DNA of 64,000 nucleotides from Podarcis cretensis. Taxonomy: Eukaryota. Made by a program: the position numbers and the translations under genes. Below the pieces are notes generated by a model, which was given only the letters and a program-made list of their open reading frames with translations, was not told where the DNA came from and did not search any database. The DNA is taken from the NCBI GenBank assembly GCA_951804945.1, contig OX638150.1, positions 44,392,001-44,456,000 of the forward strand, in the 5' to 3' direction. Shown piece by piece: positions 14,897 to 29,609 of this stretch (positions are counted from its first letter, which is position 1; each line of letters begins with the position of its first letter).

Positions 14897-15706
14897 TAAA
14901 AGATGGTGGGGCAGTGGATAACTGAATCTGTGTTTAGTAGCAGTGAAAGTTAAATGACAAAAAGTCAACAGATTTCAAAAACAGATTTGTTATAGAATAC
15001 CCAAGAAGCTCATTCCCATTTTGAACTGCATCCAGCTCCTCCTCTTGAGAAATTCTAAGAAGTTAACAATAACATCAAAATCCTTTAAAAAATACCCAAC
15101 ACAGAGATTTAAAAGCAACGCCACCACACACATACAAAAGTACACATAAGGGACAATTCACCATGTACTAGAAGTCTTTAGAGTTTTATTGATGTATCCT
15201 CTACTTCTGCCATCTATAAGGTTGGAGGAAACTGGAATTTGTGATAGTTTAAGGTTCAGTTGATATCATTTGGTTTTTTCCTCCACTCCTTGCAACATGA
15301 ACAAGATTCTGCTCCTAGTTTTGTGGTGCACAATCCTTTTTCCCCCTTCTACAAATAGTAATAGCCCACCTCAAGCAGCTGCCCTGGGGGGAATATTGAT
15401 GTCCTCTGAAAGCAGGAGTGCCTAATCTTCAGCCTGATTCAGTCACAATTTTCCATGACTGAGCATAATATTCCACATACCCCACCCAAAAAAAACCCAG
15501 AAACCTATGACGGATGCTCCACCATGCAACAGTAGAAGTGAAGTGAAGTTGGGAGGGATTCTTTTATTTTTAAAGTAAGGCAAGATAATTATTCCTCTGA
15601 GGATCCTGTAGAAAGCAGACCTCACTGAACTGGTTGGGTGAACTGAATAGTATTTAGCTCATTGAGGTTAGTATTTCCAAGTCATGCTGCTGGGATGGGA
15701 CTAAAG

Positions 15707-15799
15707 CAGCCTTCACCAGCCTAGCCCAGTCTAGATGTTTTGGATTGCAACTCCCATCAGCCCCAGCCAGCATGGGAAGGACCAAGTTGGTGACAGCTG
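15707..15799. mobile_element. Short hAT-type MITE
   Basis: CAG..CTG termini; 8-bp TSD gactaaag / gactgaag; core caactcccatca shared with other copies. Confidence 0.7.
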
Positions 15800-16477
15800 G
15801 ACTGAAGACTTCATAGGTGATAATTAGTTGTGCTTCATTTATTTTAGTGAAATAACCTTAGGGCCATTCACCACATTGCTTTTTGAAGGCATGTGTACAT
15901 AGACACATGTCTTAGACCAACTTCATGTAGGAAAGCAGACATTCATCTACTTCCTAGGTAAGACTTGGGTTTAGAAGCACTTATTGGGTATTTGCATCTT
16001 CCTTGACATATAGATGCATGTTTCAACCTTGCAACATTATGTTTTCTGGCATCTTAAGATACCGATGTGCACAACCTTGCCTTCAAAATTAATGTCATAT
16101 ACAGCAGGCATTTTGCTACTGGTGCTAAAGTAAGGCCACATTAAATGTCTTGAGTCAGTACAAGGAAGGATTAGAGGGAAGAGCAAACATTTTGGTCAAA
16201 GCAGACTCTAAAGTGATCCAGTCAGAAGGAAAGAATATAACACCATAGGAATCTGCCTTATGCCAAGTCAGACTATTGATCCTTGTAGCTCAGTACTTTT
16301 CATGCTGATTTGCAGCTGCATTCCAGGGTTTCAGGCAAGAATCTTTCCTAGCTCTGCCTGGAGAAACCAAGGATTGGGCCTGGGACCTTTAGTATTCAAA
16401 GCATGCACGCTGTCCCTGATTTATGTACATTTCCTATGAATCCAAGCTTGTTTTTTCTCCTTGGCATCTTCTCTTGA

Positions 16478-16738
<261 letters not shown>

Positions 16739-17066
16739 TGACTAACGTGGGGGTATGATGCTGAGCTACGTAGGTCTGAGTACCATCGTAGTGGACATTG
16801 TCCAAACCCATTGTTATTCAGAGTCATTTGTGCTCCTATTGAGCTGACCTCATTTGTCTGTAATTACCCCGTTGAATAGCTGTGACACTGAAGTAGCAAC
16901 TAAACTAGATTTTTATAGTATTAACTGGGGGGGGGGTCTCGCTTTTACCCTGGCCTAGTGCAGCATTGTTTCAGCTCCCCCAGTTTCCCTATCCTAACCC
17001 TACCTCCATCTTCATGACTGTGCTTTCTCTCTTTCTATTTCTCTCTCTATCCCACCCCCTCAATAG

Positions 17067-17177
17067 TTCTACAATGCCACACCTGTATATGATCATCTGC
17101 TAAGGATGTTCAACATTGTCTTCACTTCCCTGTTCTCATTGGAGTGCATTCTGAAAATCATCGCCTTTGGATTGTTG
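17067..17177 (+). CDS. CACNA1A: Exon 30 (IVS2) [37 protein letters not shown]
   Basis: caatag|TTC..TTG|gtaagt, 111 nt. Confidence 0.96.
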
Positions 17178-19134
17178 GTAAGTGTCACTCTTGCTAAACT
17201 TCATGAGAAATAATCATGAAGGCCTCCACTACAGAGTGGGAGGAATATGACCCCCTTCCTCATGAAACAGGAAGGCGTATATTGCACCTTGGTTAGTTGT
17301 TGTTTTTAAAGAAAATTTTAATTTATTTGATAATAATAATAATAATTTATTATTTATACCCTGCCCATCTGTCCCTCTACATGACTTAGCAGAGCTCACA
17401 GGGCCCTCAGAGATCACACTGCATATGGAAGCATGGGAAGTAACAACATCTCACTCCTCCAGAAACAAACTGTACTTCTGCTGGAGACCATGGATATAAA
17501 CGGACTCATTTACAAAGGAGTCTGAAAAAAATCACCAAATTTAGACTTTAGCTTCTCTTGCAACAGGGCTGCTCATGCTAGGACTCTTGGCTTCCTGTAC
17601 AGGAAGCTATTTATTCACATTCAACTCTAGTTAAACTCTGACTTTTGCTACGCCCATGATTTAGAGAAGAGTATTTTTGGGCAGTGTCCAGGCTTGAATG
17701 TTGTAGTCAGAGAAAGAAAGAGGGGGCCTCCTAGGAGAGTGAGAAAGCAATAAATCTATACAAAGGTCAGTTAGTTGTTAGCTTCTTCTGCAACATGAAT
17801 GTTCCATTCCAAGGGGTCCAACTAAACATCTCACCTCTCATTTGAAAACTTTAATGCTCAGCAGCCAAACTTCAGAGCAGAAACTAAGTTGGTCTTTAAG
17901 CGCTCTTAAAAGGGAAACAGAAACACCATAGGTTCATGTGAATAATAAGTTTTATTGTTACATGCAATATTGTGATAATAGCAGCTTTAGGAAATCTGAT
18001 CACTGAAGGTTTCCTTCTAACATAGAGGCCAGCACCTGACAACACTTGGGCCAAATGCAATCCCCTAAGCCATGCCATCTCTCTGTCTGCATCTCTGGTT
18101 GCTAAAACCAGAGGAAACACAAGGGTTTAAATGACCAGTGTCTATAGCAATGGAATGGTAGCAGATAGCAATGGGTAGCAGAACATTTTGAGGTGTTGGG
18201 CTTAGGGTCCATGGATAGCTGCCACTCCCAACTTCTCTACTCATCTTAAAGTGACCCTCCAAAAATAATAATCTTAATTTTAATTTAATTCAATTTTAGA
18301 TTTACCCACCCTTCACCACAAGGTCCCAGGGCAAGTCACAACAATATAAAAATACAATATTAAAACAATTTAGACCAAATTGCTGGCAAGGACTCTTTCA
18401 AGAACTTACTCATTCCTGACCCTGAACCACACTATTTGATATTCATTGTGATTGATGAGCTGAATTAATTTGCTTAGTAATAGCTCTGCCATTACTTAGT
18501 TAGGCTTTGGAGACAACTGGCATTCTCTCCTTAGAGAAGCCGAGCTGAAAAATGGAATAGTCCCCAGGTGTAGTCTTATTATTAGGCTTGTGTGTGTTGT
18601 ATTTACTTTTATAGATGTTCTTGTGATTGTCCATGCAAATAACTGAGGAAGGGGAAAGATGTACAACTGCTTGCTCCTTGCTTGAGAGTGTCACAGCCCT
18701 TGGTCTCACTGGGCAGTTGCATTGCCTTAAGCGTTCACAGGGAGCAAACTGAAAGAAAACAACCCTTCCCTCTTATCCTACTCTCACTCACTGAGGTCTG
18801 TTTCTGGCCAGTGGAAACAAATCCCATCGGCCTCTGAAAATTTGAGCTCAGCTGTTTTCACTGACATAAGGTGACAAGACCTGCCACTTTATCCCCATTT
18901 CAGGAGGCAAAATGCATAAAGAAAAGCTAGTTTAGTTTTGCAATCCCCATCACAAGAGCTGGAATGCACCCAAAAGGTAATCAGGACCTGACTGGGGCAG
19001 GAGGGTGGGGGAATAGAAAAGGTGGATATTTCTCTGTTCTCGTTGCTGTTGCTTCCGTCGTGATTGAATGTTGTCACCTGTTTGCTGCTGTGTGGCTGTT
19101 CCTTTTCGTCCTTTGTTTTGTTCTTTCTTTATAG

Positions 19135-19230
<96 letters not shown>

Positions 19231-19947
19231 TGATGGTGGGGATGGCATTCTGGGGGTGGGAGGCATTTTGCAGGGAGTGGGAAGCAAGAACTGAAACATG
19301 AGGTTTTTATCCCATTGAACTGCATCCTTAACTAGGATAGGGGCTGGAGAATCCAGAGAATGGCAGTAAACATTATTTATTGGCTGCCAATGAACATAGT
19401 GTAGTGTTCCCTTTCTTCTTCAAGAACAGATTCTCAAAAGTGCATAACAGCCGCTCCCACATTTTCAATAACTCTTCAGTAAAATATGTATATTTGTGAC
19501 AATCCTTGCTGTTGCTCAGCAAAAGGTGTAGGCTTCTTCTAAGGCCTTGACACTGGTATTTATTGGGAATTTCTCAAATTAGATAGTTACAGACTTAAAG
19601 ATGGCAAAGTCACTCCATCGTATTGTTTACACCAGCATTAACCCATAATCTTTGTAATAAATTATAAATGCTGGATCCTTTCATTATGGCATTTGCCATC
19701 ACCTGAAACAATAGAGTACGAAGGGCCACTTTGCACTTTACAGTGTGGATGCACAAATTAAAAGAATTAGTAACAAATACTATCGTTTCCAAACCAGTGG
19801 GCCAGAGCATTCTAGTGTGCCAAAAGAGAATCACTGATATGCTTCCAGAAATGAAATGATTCAGTTTCTTACTGTGAGCCCAAAGTTCCTGCCCACAACA
19901 GAGGAGGCTACCCACTTCAGCCCTCCATCCTTCATTACTCAGGTGTT

Positions 19948-20120
19948 CATAGAATCATAGATTTGGAAGGGATCCCAAGGGTTATCTAGTTCAACACCCT
20001 GCAATACAGAAATCTCATCTAGAGCATCCATGATAGATGTCCATCCAGCCTCTGCTTAAAAACCTCCAGGGAGGGAGAGTCCACAAGCTCCCAAAGATGA
20101 TCGTTCCACTGTCAAACAGT
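19948..20120 (-). mobile_element. CR1 3' end fragment, antisense
   Basis: catagaatcataga terminus (reverse of the (ATTCTATG)n tail) followed by ttggaagggatccc..ctagttcaac. Confidence 0.75.
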
Positions 20121-21459
20121 GTTGCTTCTTTCCAAGCAGCTTCTGTTAAGAATCTATAATTCTACCACATCTCTCCATCTGGTGTGATTGGATTATTCAA
20201 GCACTCCTCAGTGCAGAGATGCAGCAGAAACACATGTCCTTGGTGGAAGCTGCATGTTACATCTCTGCACTTGTTACTGTTCTGGGAAGCTGTTCTCCTT
20301 CCAGTCAGGAAGCCTGGCCAAAACAGTGACTCTCAGAGAACACAACAGGGCGGGTTCCTTGGCAGGCAGGCAGGAAGGCAGGCAGGCAGTTTTTACTCTT
20401 ACACATAATAAAATTCAACATATGGGGGGTGTATGAGTCAGTGTACTTCCCATTTTAACTCAGAAACGTGTATCTCCCTTTTAAAACCTTTAGAAATACT
20501 GATATACTCACTTCTATCCCATAGCATGTTAGGCCATGTCTACACATGTGTGTATATCATAGACATATGTGTCAGGGGAAGGAGAGGGTAACCATGATCA
20601 TCTGCAAAATGTTGGATTTCCTCAGTGTAACTGCAGTCGAAAGTAAAAGGCATTTTATCAGACTAAAAGTAGGTACACCGTAAATCTTTAATGTGTACCT
20701 CCTTTTGCTGTAATGTGTGGAGTGGCCCCAAGTGGGATATACATGGTCAAATCTAAAGCCACTTTACAGAGGTTTTTTATAGAGGCAACAACGAGGGTGA
20801 ATCTTAATCCAAATAAATGCCATCACACAACAGAGCTTGTCCTCATGACTTCCAAAGAAGATTGTGTAAGGGCTGGCAGACTGTGCTTGGCATGGCAGCA
20901 GCTGGGGTGCCCAACTCCCTGCAGAAATCCTCTGAATTAGTTTTTCTCATGAACATCCCTCTATAACAGAGTTCAAGTTGCAGAAGGGGCTTGCAATCAG
21001 CATTCCCTCATTTTTTCCTCTCACCCTTATCCAGCCTTCAGAATGTAACAGGTGGCTGGGAGAGGGACATACTAGGCATGCCTTGGGGCTAAACTGTGCA
21101 TGACTTGGAAGCCCCATGACCAGATCTCCCAATATCTTCTCTCTTTTTTCTTCAAAGCTGCATCTGAGAGTGGGGAGGGTTTCTAATTTGAGATGGGGGG
21201 GGATTTCTATTTTACCTTTATGTAGTTATCAAAATGTATGTATTATTCACTTGGCAGAAAATCACTAAGCAGCTTACAAAAAAAATCATTTTAAAAAGCC
21301 AATAAAAGCAAACAAGTTGACTTTTTTATCAAAATATAGATAAAATCAACCATTTTAATAAAATTACATGCGAAAGCTGCATGTTAAAATTACAGGCTAT
21401 TAGCAGGCAGAGAAAAATATACAACAAAGGTGCCTGCCTAATGTTCATGGGAAGAAAGT

Positions 21460-21835
21460 TGTTTATTTATTGCATTTCTATCCCACCTTTTTCTCCAAGG
21501 AGCTCAAATTGGCATACATGATTTTTCCCTTCCTCATTTAATGCCCTTCAACAATCCTGTGACGTAGATTAGGTTAAGAGGCAGCAACTGACCCAGGGTC
21601 ACCCAGTGAGATTCATGGGTGAGTGAAGATTTGAACCCTGTTCTCCCAGGTCCTGGTCCAACACTGACCCAGCCCTTCTTAACCTTGGGTTCCCAGATGT
21701 TCTTAAATTACAACTCCCACCATCCCTGACCATGCTGGCTAGGAATGATGGAAGTTGTAGCCCAACAACACCTGGGAACCCGAGGTTGAGAAAGGCTGCT
21801 CCAATCACTTCACTACACTGGCTCTCAGTGCTGCC
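21460..21835 (-). mobile_element. MIR-like squamate SINE (reverse orientation)
   Basis: tttatttattgcattt tail, acaatcctgtga..aggtt core, reverse B box gatttgaaccc. Confidence 0.65.
21670..21798. mobile_element. Palindromic hAT-type MITE inserted in a SINE
   Basis: cagcccttcttaacct..aggttgagaaaggctg with an internal inverted repeat. Confidence 0.75.
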
Positions 21836-24558
21836 ATACTGAAGGATCAATTCCATGTGAGTCCTTCCTACCACCGTGAAGTTTCCCCATTCAAACAAAG
21901 GTCTCTCCCTCTAAGCTACTGGGGAAAGTCCATATTGTACTTGTATTTTTGCCTCAGCTGGGCTAAAACCAGCTGAGAGGTAATTTCACTCAAGGAAACA
22001 GCATAGAGAGAATTTATCTCCTCCAATGTTGCTTCCTTATGCTGTTTCCCTAGTCAAAATAACAGTCCCTTTAAGTAGCTTTGAAGAAAAGTAAAAGAGC
22101 TTAGGGAGATTTGATCACGGATCTCCCATGTCATAAGTAGCTTAGCCCACAGTGAGATGTGGAGCAGGGGAAGATATCTGAATGAACATCCTGAAATGAT
22201 ACAGAGCCATGACAAATTCAGGGAATTGGCAGAACAACCCACCCATTCAAAGGCTAATGTGCTTCCAGCAGGAATAGACCAGGGAAACTGAGGCATTAAC
22301 CTTGGAAAGGCTTCCATAAGTTTTATGGCACAACCAGGCATGGAGAGACTTGTTTCCAATTGCCTACAGTAACTGCAAAATCCTTCTGTCAGTTTTGTCC
22401 AGAACGCTTTGATGGTGATAATTTTCTTTATCCTTGGTCTTGGGAAGTACACAGCACAGCAAACTCTTTCTTACTAAAATTATTCTGTCATGGCCTTTGG
22501 CTAGAACATGAAACATGTGAACTACTAAAATTATCAGGAAAGGTCTTTCCCAGAGAATATGCATGCATGGCAAACTATTCCAAAATGCCCATGTGTGTGC
22601 ACTGTATGTGTACCAAGGGAACATATGTATTACTTATGCACATTTCCTCACAGGTGATGAGGGTGTTTAAAGAACACCCATTCTTCTAGATTTCTCAATA
22701 TGGCATAGTGATTCATTTCTGTTTAAATTTACTTTGACAAAAGAATGGCATTACACAGGAAACACTGAGCAGTTTAGCTATGTACTGAGAACACTTCAAA
22801 TGAGGATTGCAAAAGCTAGTGCTGGCCTTCAAAGTGTCTTGTCAAAGCAAAATGTTGCAATGTGGAGTGTTGTTGCTCAGGACGCTAACCACTTGGTTCC
22901 ATCGCAGCCTCGGTTCCTACCCTCCAATAGTCTGTTAATGTTCTGTGGCCACTAAATATGCTCAGGAACCCCCCAGACTGCTGTGGGTGGGGGGTTTCAT
23001 ATGTGTTCTGCAACATGTCATTGATGCTTTAATAGTGCATTAGTGGTGGATTTATATTGTACCAGCCGCACATCTTCTGTTTTTTTAAGTTATTCTACGA
23101 TTCTTTCCCAGTGTTTTCTGGAGGGGCACTCTTGCACTATAACACAACAAAAATGGGACCAACATCCTACCCCCTGAACAGCTGTGGTATAAAAAGTTAC
23201 AGGATTTTGGCAAGACACTACAGGACATGGATAGACTGGAAACGAAGCAATATGTCTGCCCCAATTTTTTTGTAAGCGTGAACAGTATCAAAAGCAGAGT
23301 AGCTGCCCCAGCATAATCATGAGCACAAATCATAAATGCACAATAAAATGGCATCTAGAGGTGCAGGAAATCTCCCACCACCATCCAAGGGCAGAACTTC
23401 AGTTAGGAGATAAAATCTGAGACCTTCCAGAGACAATGCAAAACTTCCAGTATAAATAGGTATGAACTCCTCATTGTGCTCCACATTCTGAATGGATCTC
23501 TTTCTTTAGCGCAAGTTGTACAACCACCAATACCATTTTGGGTTATTATGCCTTTTTTCAGTCTTTTATCTTGGGGCCAAACTAGACCTGATGTAGGAGA
23601 TTCATGATCAGGATCTTCCATGGTTTAGGCTTCTGTTGTGTTTCTTTTTCTAATTAGACTAGCAGTCCCATATGGGAAAGGCCTGTATGGGAAGTGGGTT
23701 TCCCAATCTAAATTCCCACCATCCAAAGGAGATTTAAAATGAAGCCATACGTTCTGCTTAGAACACAGTAGGTATTTCAACCCTGTGGTTGCTAGGTCAT
23801 CTCTTTTACTACAGCTGTGGTGTACATTTGTTCTGCCACTTATTTGTATATGGGTGATCTTTTCCAAGTAGTTAGGCTTCCACACATTTCCAGTATGGAT
23901 GGCCATTTGTATGGCTGCTCTAAAAGCAAGTGAAAGTTACCTACAAGTAGCTTGAATTACAAGGGGCCTTCCTGTAATTGTACTGTTTGCTTTGAATGCC
24001 CAAACTCTTTGAACATTGCAACTTCGTATTATGCAACTTTGTTCATATAGCATTTCTTTGAGTACTTACCATACTGAAAGATGGGGAAATTAGGTCACTC
24101 CAACAAGTTTCACATTTTAGAAGGTGGTAGTCTAAGGACACATAGTGCTCAGACTCAGAGAAGTGACCTCACAGATGGGTTTTGAAGAACTGTGTTGGTA
24201 AGTAACTTTCATTAATAGCACTGACTCATGGAAGTCCCTGTTCCAATATGTGCCTCAGTTTCCCTCTCTCACTTACCTCCCAGAATAATATGGGTGGGTC
24301 AACAAAAGTTTTGTTTATGCTGGAAGCCTGTAGGTAAAGCCAAACGTGTAGATATTTTGGTTAGGAAGATCAGAATGCTAAAGTCATGGATTCCCTAAAT
24401 TCCAGAAAGACAGATGAAAGGGGTGAGTGTGGGAGAAGGGTGGGCTAGGGGTCTCCTTCCCCAGGGCTATGTATGATATATAATGACTTTGTCTTTTGTC
24501 TTCTTTCCATGCTGTCTCTTTATATTGTTCTATTTTGGCGCAACACCCTCTGAAAATG

Positions 24559-24790
24559 TCATCCAATCAAAATGCACTATGAAAAATCCATCTGTCCATC
24601 CATGAACTGGTCTGTGTGTCCATGCTAATGAATATTTCTGAACTTCCCTGCCCTGATCCCTCTCCCATCACCAAAAATGAAATCACTGCCTTCTGCATTT
24701 CTCCGTTTGCTGGTTGGAACTCAACTTGCGGTATTAAAACACCCACCCTTCCCTGACCTTCTCTGATCCTCTCCATCTCAATGTTTGCAT
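24559..24790 (+). promoter_or_regulatory. YCAY (NOVA-type) cluster upstream of e31a
   Basis: About ten TCAT/CCAT/TCAC/CCAC motifs in ~230 nt, e.g. ccatctgtccatccat. NOVA repression of e31a is established in mouse. Confidence 0.65.
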
Positions 24791-24794
24791 CTAG

Positions 24795-24800
24795 GATCCG
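24795..24800 (+). CDS. CACNA1A: Alternative microexon e31a (6 nt, GATCCG = Asp-Pro; mammalian AATCCG = Asn-Pro)
   Basis: ttgcatctag|GATCCG|gttggt between exons 31 and 32, phase 0/0, with an upstream TGC motif and YCAY cluster. Confidence 0.85.
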
Positions 24801-27800
24801 GTTGGTTTGATTACTTTCTCAAGCCTAAGTGCCTTACATTAATCAAAAGCATCTTCTTGGCGCATTGCATGATCTTTTGAGCCAAAGATGCCTGCAGTTT
24901 ACTGGGCAGCTTCTGCTTTTAGTCCCCCCACTTACCCCATATTGTGTCACTTATTTTATTCAGATTCACATATGACTTCCAGTAACCCCATAGCAGGGAT
25001 GTGATATATATGCTGGCTGTTTGCCATAATAAACATTGATTGATTGAGGGATATGGTATAGTAATACTGCAGCCTCGGTGATGCCAATCTCTGAAGAGAT
25101 GATTGCATTTAATCTAAGTCTTGCATCAGTATGGATAGGCTTTCTAAAAGGATATGGTGGTAGACAGAAAGCTGTATCTGCAAGTTGCTGGGTTCTGACC
25201 CAGAGCCAGTGCCAGTTCCTGTCTGGGGGAAAACTTGGGATGGGAATTCAACGTGCAAGTGCCTTCCTTGATGACATACAATACCTGATGACAGTTTGGA
25301 GCATCCACCACAGTTGAAATACTGCAGATACTTTGCATATCATCTGGCATCACCTCCAAGCACATAGTTTTTGCAGTGTGTGTGCAGTCAAATAGAAGAC
25401 CTAAAAATCCCACTTGTCAATAGCTATCTGAACAAGTACCAGAAAAGCCCTGCACCCCCAGCTTCATTCTGCGTGCATAGGCATGCCCATTCACTCAAAA
25501 CTTTTCACATTTAACCTTCCCTTAATGCATACAACTTTAGCTGGGTATCCACTTACCACCTAAACACAACACACGCAAACACATTTCCTCACACATGAAC
25601 TGACCCTAAGGTCCTCTCAGTGATATTAAGATTCTCCATACACTTTCAGCCATGCACAGACAACCTCTGCTTTGGTCAGTTGAAGTAGAACAATTCCTTA
25701 GAAGAAGTAAGATATCATTATAACTATGGAAATTAGCCCAAGCCCATTTAGGAGTATTGGGAGGGATATTAACATCCCTTTTCCTGAGAGTCAGTTGTGG
25801 AGGGTGAGTCAAAGAGAAATCCTTAATTTTATTTCTCTGGGCCACTTTCAGTCTTACTTTTCTAACACACACCAATACTCCTCTTAAGATTAGGGTAGAC
25901 ATTAATTTTGAAAGATTGCATGTGCGTCCATTTCACATATTTAACAAAATCTCAAGAGGAATCTGTTGAGAAAACTTCTTCAAAATGAAACAGACATATA
26001 TATAATAAATATAAATCAAATTGAAACAGACACACATCACAGACACAATGCATAGCTTGAAGCAGTGATGCCTCCTATACTGGTTGGCTGACTTGGTACA
26101 GTGATCTAAATATTCAGTTGCTGAAAGGACATTGCTACTTAAAGTCCAGCTTTTCTGAGGGAGGGTAAATTGACAGTTTGACTGAAGAAATCTTGGCCTG
26201 TAGTGAAGCTTAGTGATAAAGTATTCAGAAGAAGGGAGGCAGAATGAATGGTACAGAGTAGGAAATGGACTGAAAGCAGGGAATCTGAAGGAAGGGTAGG
26301 TGAGCTAGGAAAAAGCAGCAACGGGAGTTGAGGCAAAAAAGAAAAGGAGGAGGCGGCAGTGAAGAAATTCTACAATTTGTAAGATCAAGAGGCAGGTGTA
26401 TGGTGTATGTTTGGGGCAGGAGAGTGCTAGGGCTGTTAGCCAAAAGAGACAGGATGAATAAAAAGTGTGGGGCAAAGTAGAGTGGACTGAAAAAATGCAA
26501 TAAAATTTGTAGGTGGAGACATGGAATGGAACTGAAGAAAGTAGGATACAAGAAGAAAGCTGAGCTAGGACTGTGGATTTTGTCTGAAAGGAAATGGGCA
26601 GGCAAGAGAGGTTTAGAAGCCTTGAGACAGTGGAACCGGGGTGGGGGGGCGTGTTTCTAGATCTAGTCTGACACAGGTTTCCACCGGTTAAATAGTTTAC
26701 TTTCACTGCATCATTGTGTCCTGGAATAAGATTCAAAAGGCAAGGGGCAGAGCTGAAATATATATATTGGTTTAAACAAAAGAGCTAAATATTTTGGCTG
26801 AAAGATTGTCCACTTAAGATATTGACCTTAGAATAGGCTTAAAAAGTAATGTAGGAAGTGAACTTTGGAATACAGGTGGTTAATAGGAAAGAGAGAATGG
26901 TGTGTGGCACCATTCCTAATGGTCTGTGTGGGCATATATTTCCAACTGGAAATGGGTGTGAGTCCCCTGCCTGTCTCTCTTTCCCTCTGCATGAATACCA
27001 TTCTTTGTTTGTCCTGCATGATCTGAGCATGGCAGTTTTAACAAACTGGTTTCACCCCATTGTATGTGTCACAGAGCCACCTCCACTACTGCCACCATGC
27101 ATGTCCACTGAAATCCCAATTAGAGGAACAGCCTTTTTGGAGGGTTGGAGAAGGATGGGCTTATAGCTTCTGGGAACACACATGCAAACACATGCATATA
27201 AAGAGTGAAGATGCAGCAATTAGGTTTCTTTTTGGAAGAGAAAATAAATCCTATTACAGTACATGGATATATTTGGCTGCAAGAACCACACTGTATGTCC
27301 ACTGTGTTATCACACACTTATAATGTCCACTGTGTAGCTGCATGGCAATTCCTCAGTCTTTGTTTTATAATTATAGAGCAAGGCATGTAGCAAGCCGGTA
27401 CATGTTGAGTGGTCACACCAATCTTTTGGCATGTGTATTGCCTGAGTCTTTTTCGTGCAGTTTTCTTTGGAGTTTGTGTATGAGGGGCGCTGTAGCACAG
27501 GTACTTTCATGAGTCTTGAGGGAGATGTTGGTGCAACTACATTCATTCCTGTGATGTATGTTGCATAGGTATCCCTACACACTCAATCCGCCAGATCACT
27601 TGCACTGTTTAGTGTACTATGGTGAAGCCACATGGTAATTCTCTTTGGAACCGTTAGAGCTGGCCAGGTTGTCCCTTTACAGTGTTCTCATTACTTGAAC
27701 ATGCAATTCTGGTTCCAGTGAGATCAAAGTGTGGTTCCATTGAGTTCAATATCGAAACCCAGGAAAGGTCCGTGGTGCATAGATTACTAAATCACTTAAC

Positions 27801-28687
27801 CGTTCATACTGGGGCTAAAATACAGGTTCCTGTTCAAGGGCTTTTGCCCAGGGATAAAGCTCATGTGTTTCTTACATGAGTTAAATATAAGTTGGCATTT
27901 TGTATCTAAGTTTATCTTTTTCTGTGCTAGGCCCTTCTTCCAACCTTTACTGAAACTCTTTTTTAGAAAGTGTCTGAAGGTCTCAGTGGTAGTTACTAGA
28001 GATACACAAACACATACATCAATATTCTATTGTCCAAACTCAGGTGATATCCTAACCCTCAGAAACCTTGGGCATCTTTCGCCCTCAGGGGCTGTGGGTG
28101 TCTGGCCATAGAACACTTTGCAACTAAGAAGTACATTGTCACACTTCAATGTATTCATTTTATCCCAGAAGCTTATATGCCATTTCCTCTGAAGGAGACA
28201 GATAAAAATGCATCTTGGTGAACCCAACAGGAGAATGTTTTTCCTATCTCGCCAGAATCACAAATCCTTCTTTTAGCTACAAATTTGTTGAACTAAGCTC
28301 TTCCTTCAGAGCTTGGGGTGTGGCCCAACACCTGTTGAGTGCACAGAACAGATGCATTTTCCATCGAGAATGATATGATAGCAAGTCTCCAGACATTTCT
28401 CAGCTCTCCTCTTCCTCACTGGCACTTGTCTTGCTTTCTCCTCTCTCCAGATTTGTGTGCACAGAACATGTGTGATGTGAGGCCACACAATAATGTTCTG
28501 CCTGCTTGTGTCAAAAAATATCAGTGCATTTGGTTGTGGGTATATTTAAAAAAAAAATGTAATCATGTGCTAATGAATTATCACTGATTTTCCAAATGGA
28601 TGATTTTCCAAGTAGAGGGGTGGCCTTATTATCATGCTAATTTTCTTCATGTGTGTGATCCCTCTCCCTTTCTTTGCTATTCAGTGA

Positions 28688-28951
<264 letters not shown>

Positions 28952-29543
28952 TAACTTGGATTCCTTGAGATTTGAAGTTGTGGGTGGTTGAGAGAGAAAG
29001 GGAGGGAAGTAGTAGGAGTGCAGAAAGTTTAGCAGATTATAGCTAGAGACATCCAACCTCATCCATCTACCTGTTTATTTCTCCATTCATTCACCACCTC
29101 TTATCATGCGCTTTGAATCATGAATACTTTCTTTCATGTTGTTGAAGTTGAATCATGTTTCATGAGTAGCTTTCCATTAACTCACCCTTTTGCATGGGTA
29201 AGTAATCACTGCAATATTTCTGTAGTCAGGATGGGATGTGGCAGGGATTGGAGGAAGGAGTGATAGAGTCTACAACAGCCTTCGTCAACATGGTGCCCTC
29301 CAGTTGACCCCCATCCTCCTTCATTCCTGACCATTAACCATACTGACTGAGGCTGATGGTAGTTGTAGGGCAGCAGGATGGGGAAGATTGGCCTACAAGC
29401 AATCTCTTTCATTGATTCAGTGACAGCAATCAGTTTGTAAGAAGAAGGGAGCCATATTCCCAGTAAAACAAGTGTGGTACACACACACAAAATGTGAAAC
29501 TTTCAAAAAATAATAATGTATGCTCATGTTCTTCCCTCACTAG

Positions 29544-29609
29544 GCCCTTCCGTATGTGTGTCTGCTGATTGCAATGCTCTTCTTCATTTATGCGATTATT
29601 GGAATGCAG
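29544..29609 (+). CDS. CACNA1A: Exon 33 (IVS5) [22 protein letters not shown]
   Basis: cactag|GCC..CAG|gtaagt, 66 nt. Confidence 0.97.

Noticed and set aside
26200-26640. Strongly purine-skewed tract
   Set aside because: Most likely low-complexity sequence or a decayed LINE remnant; no further structure seen.
27585-27590. Exact mammalian e31a sequence AATCCG in intron 31
   Set aside because: No flanking AG or GT. The GATCCG at 24795 has the proper splice sites and motif context.
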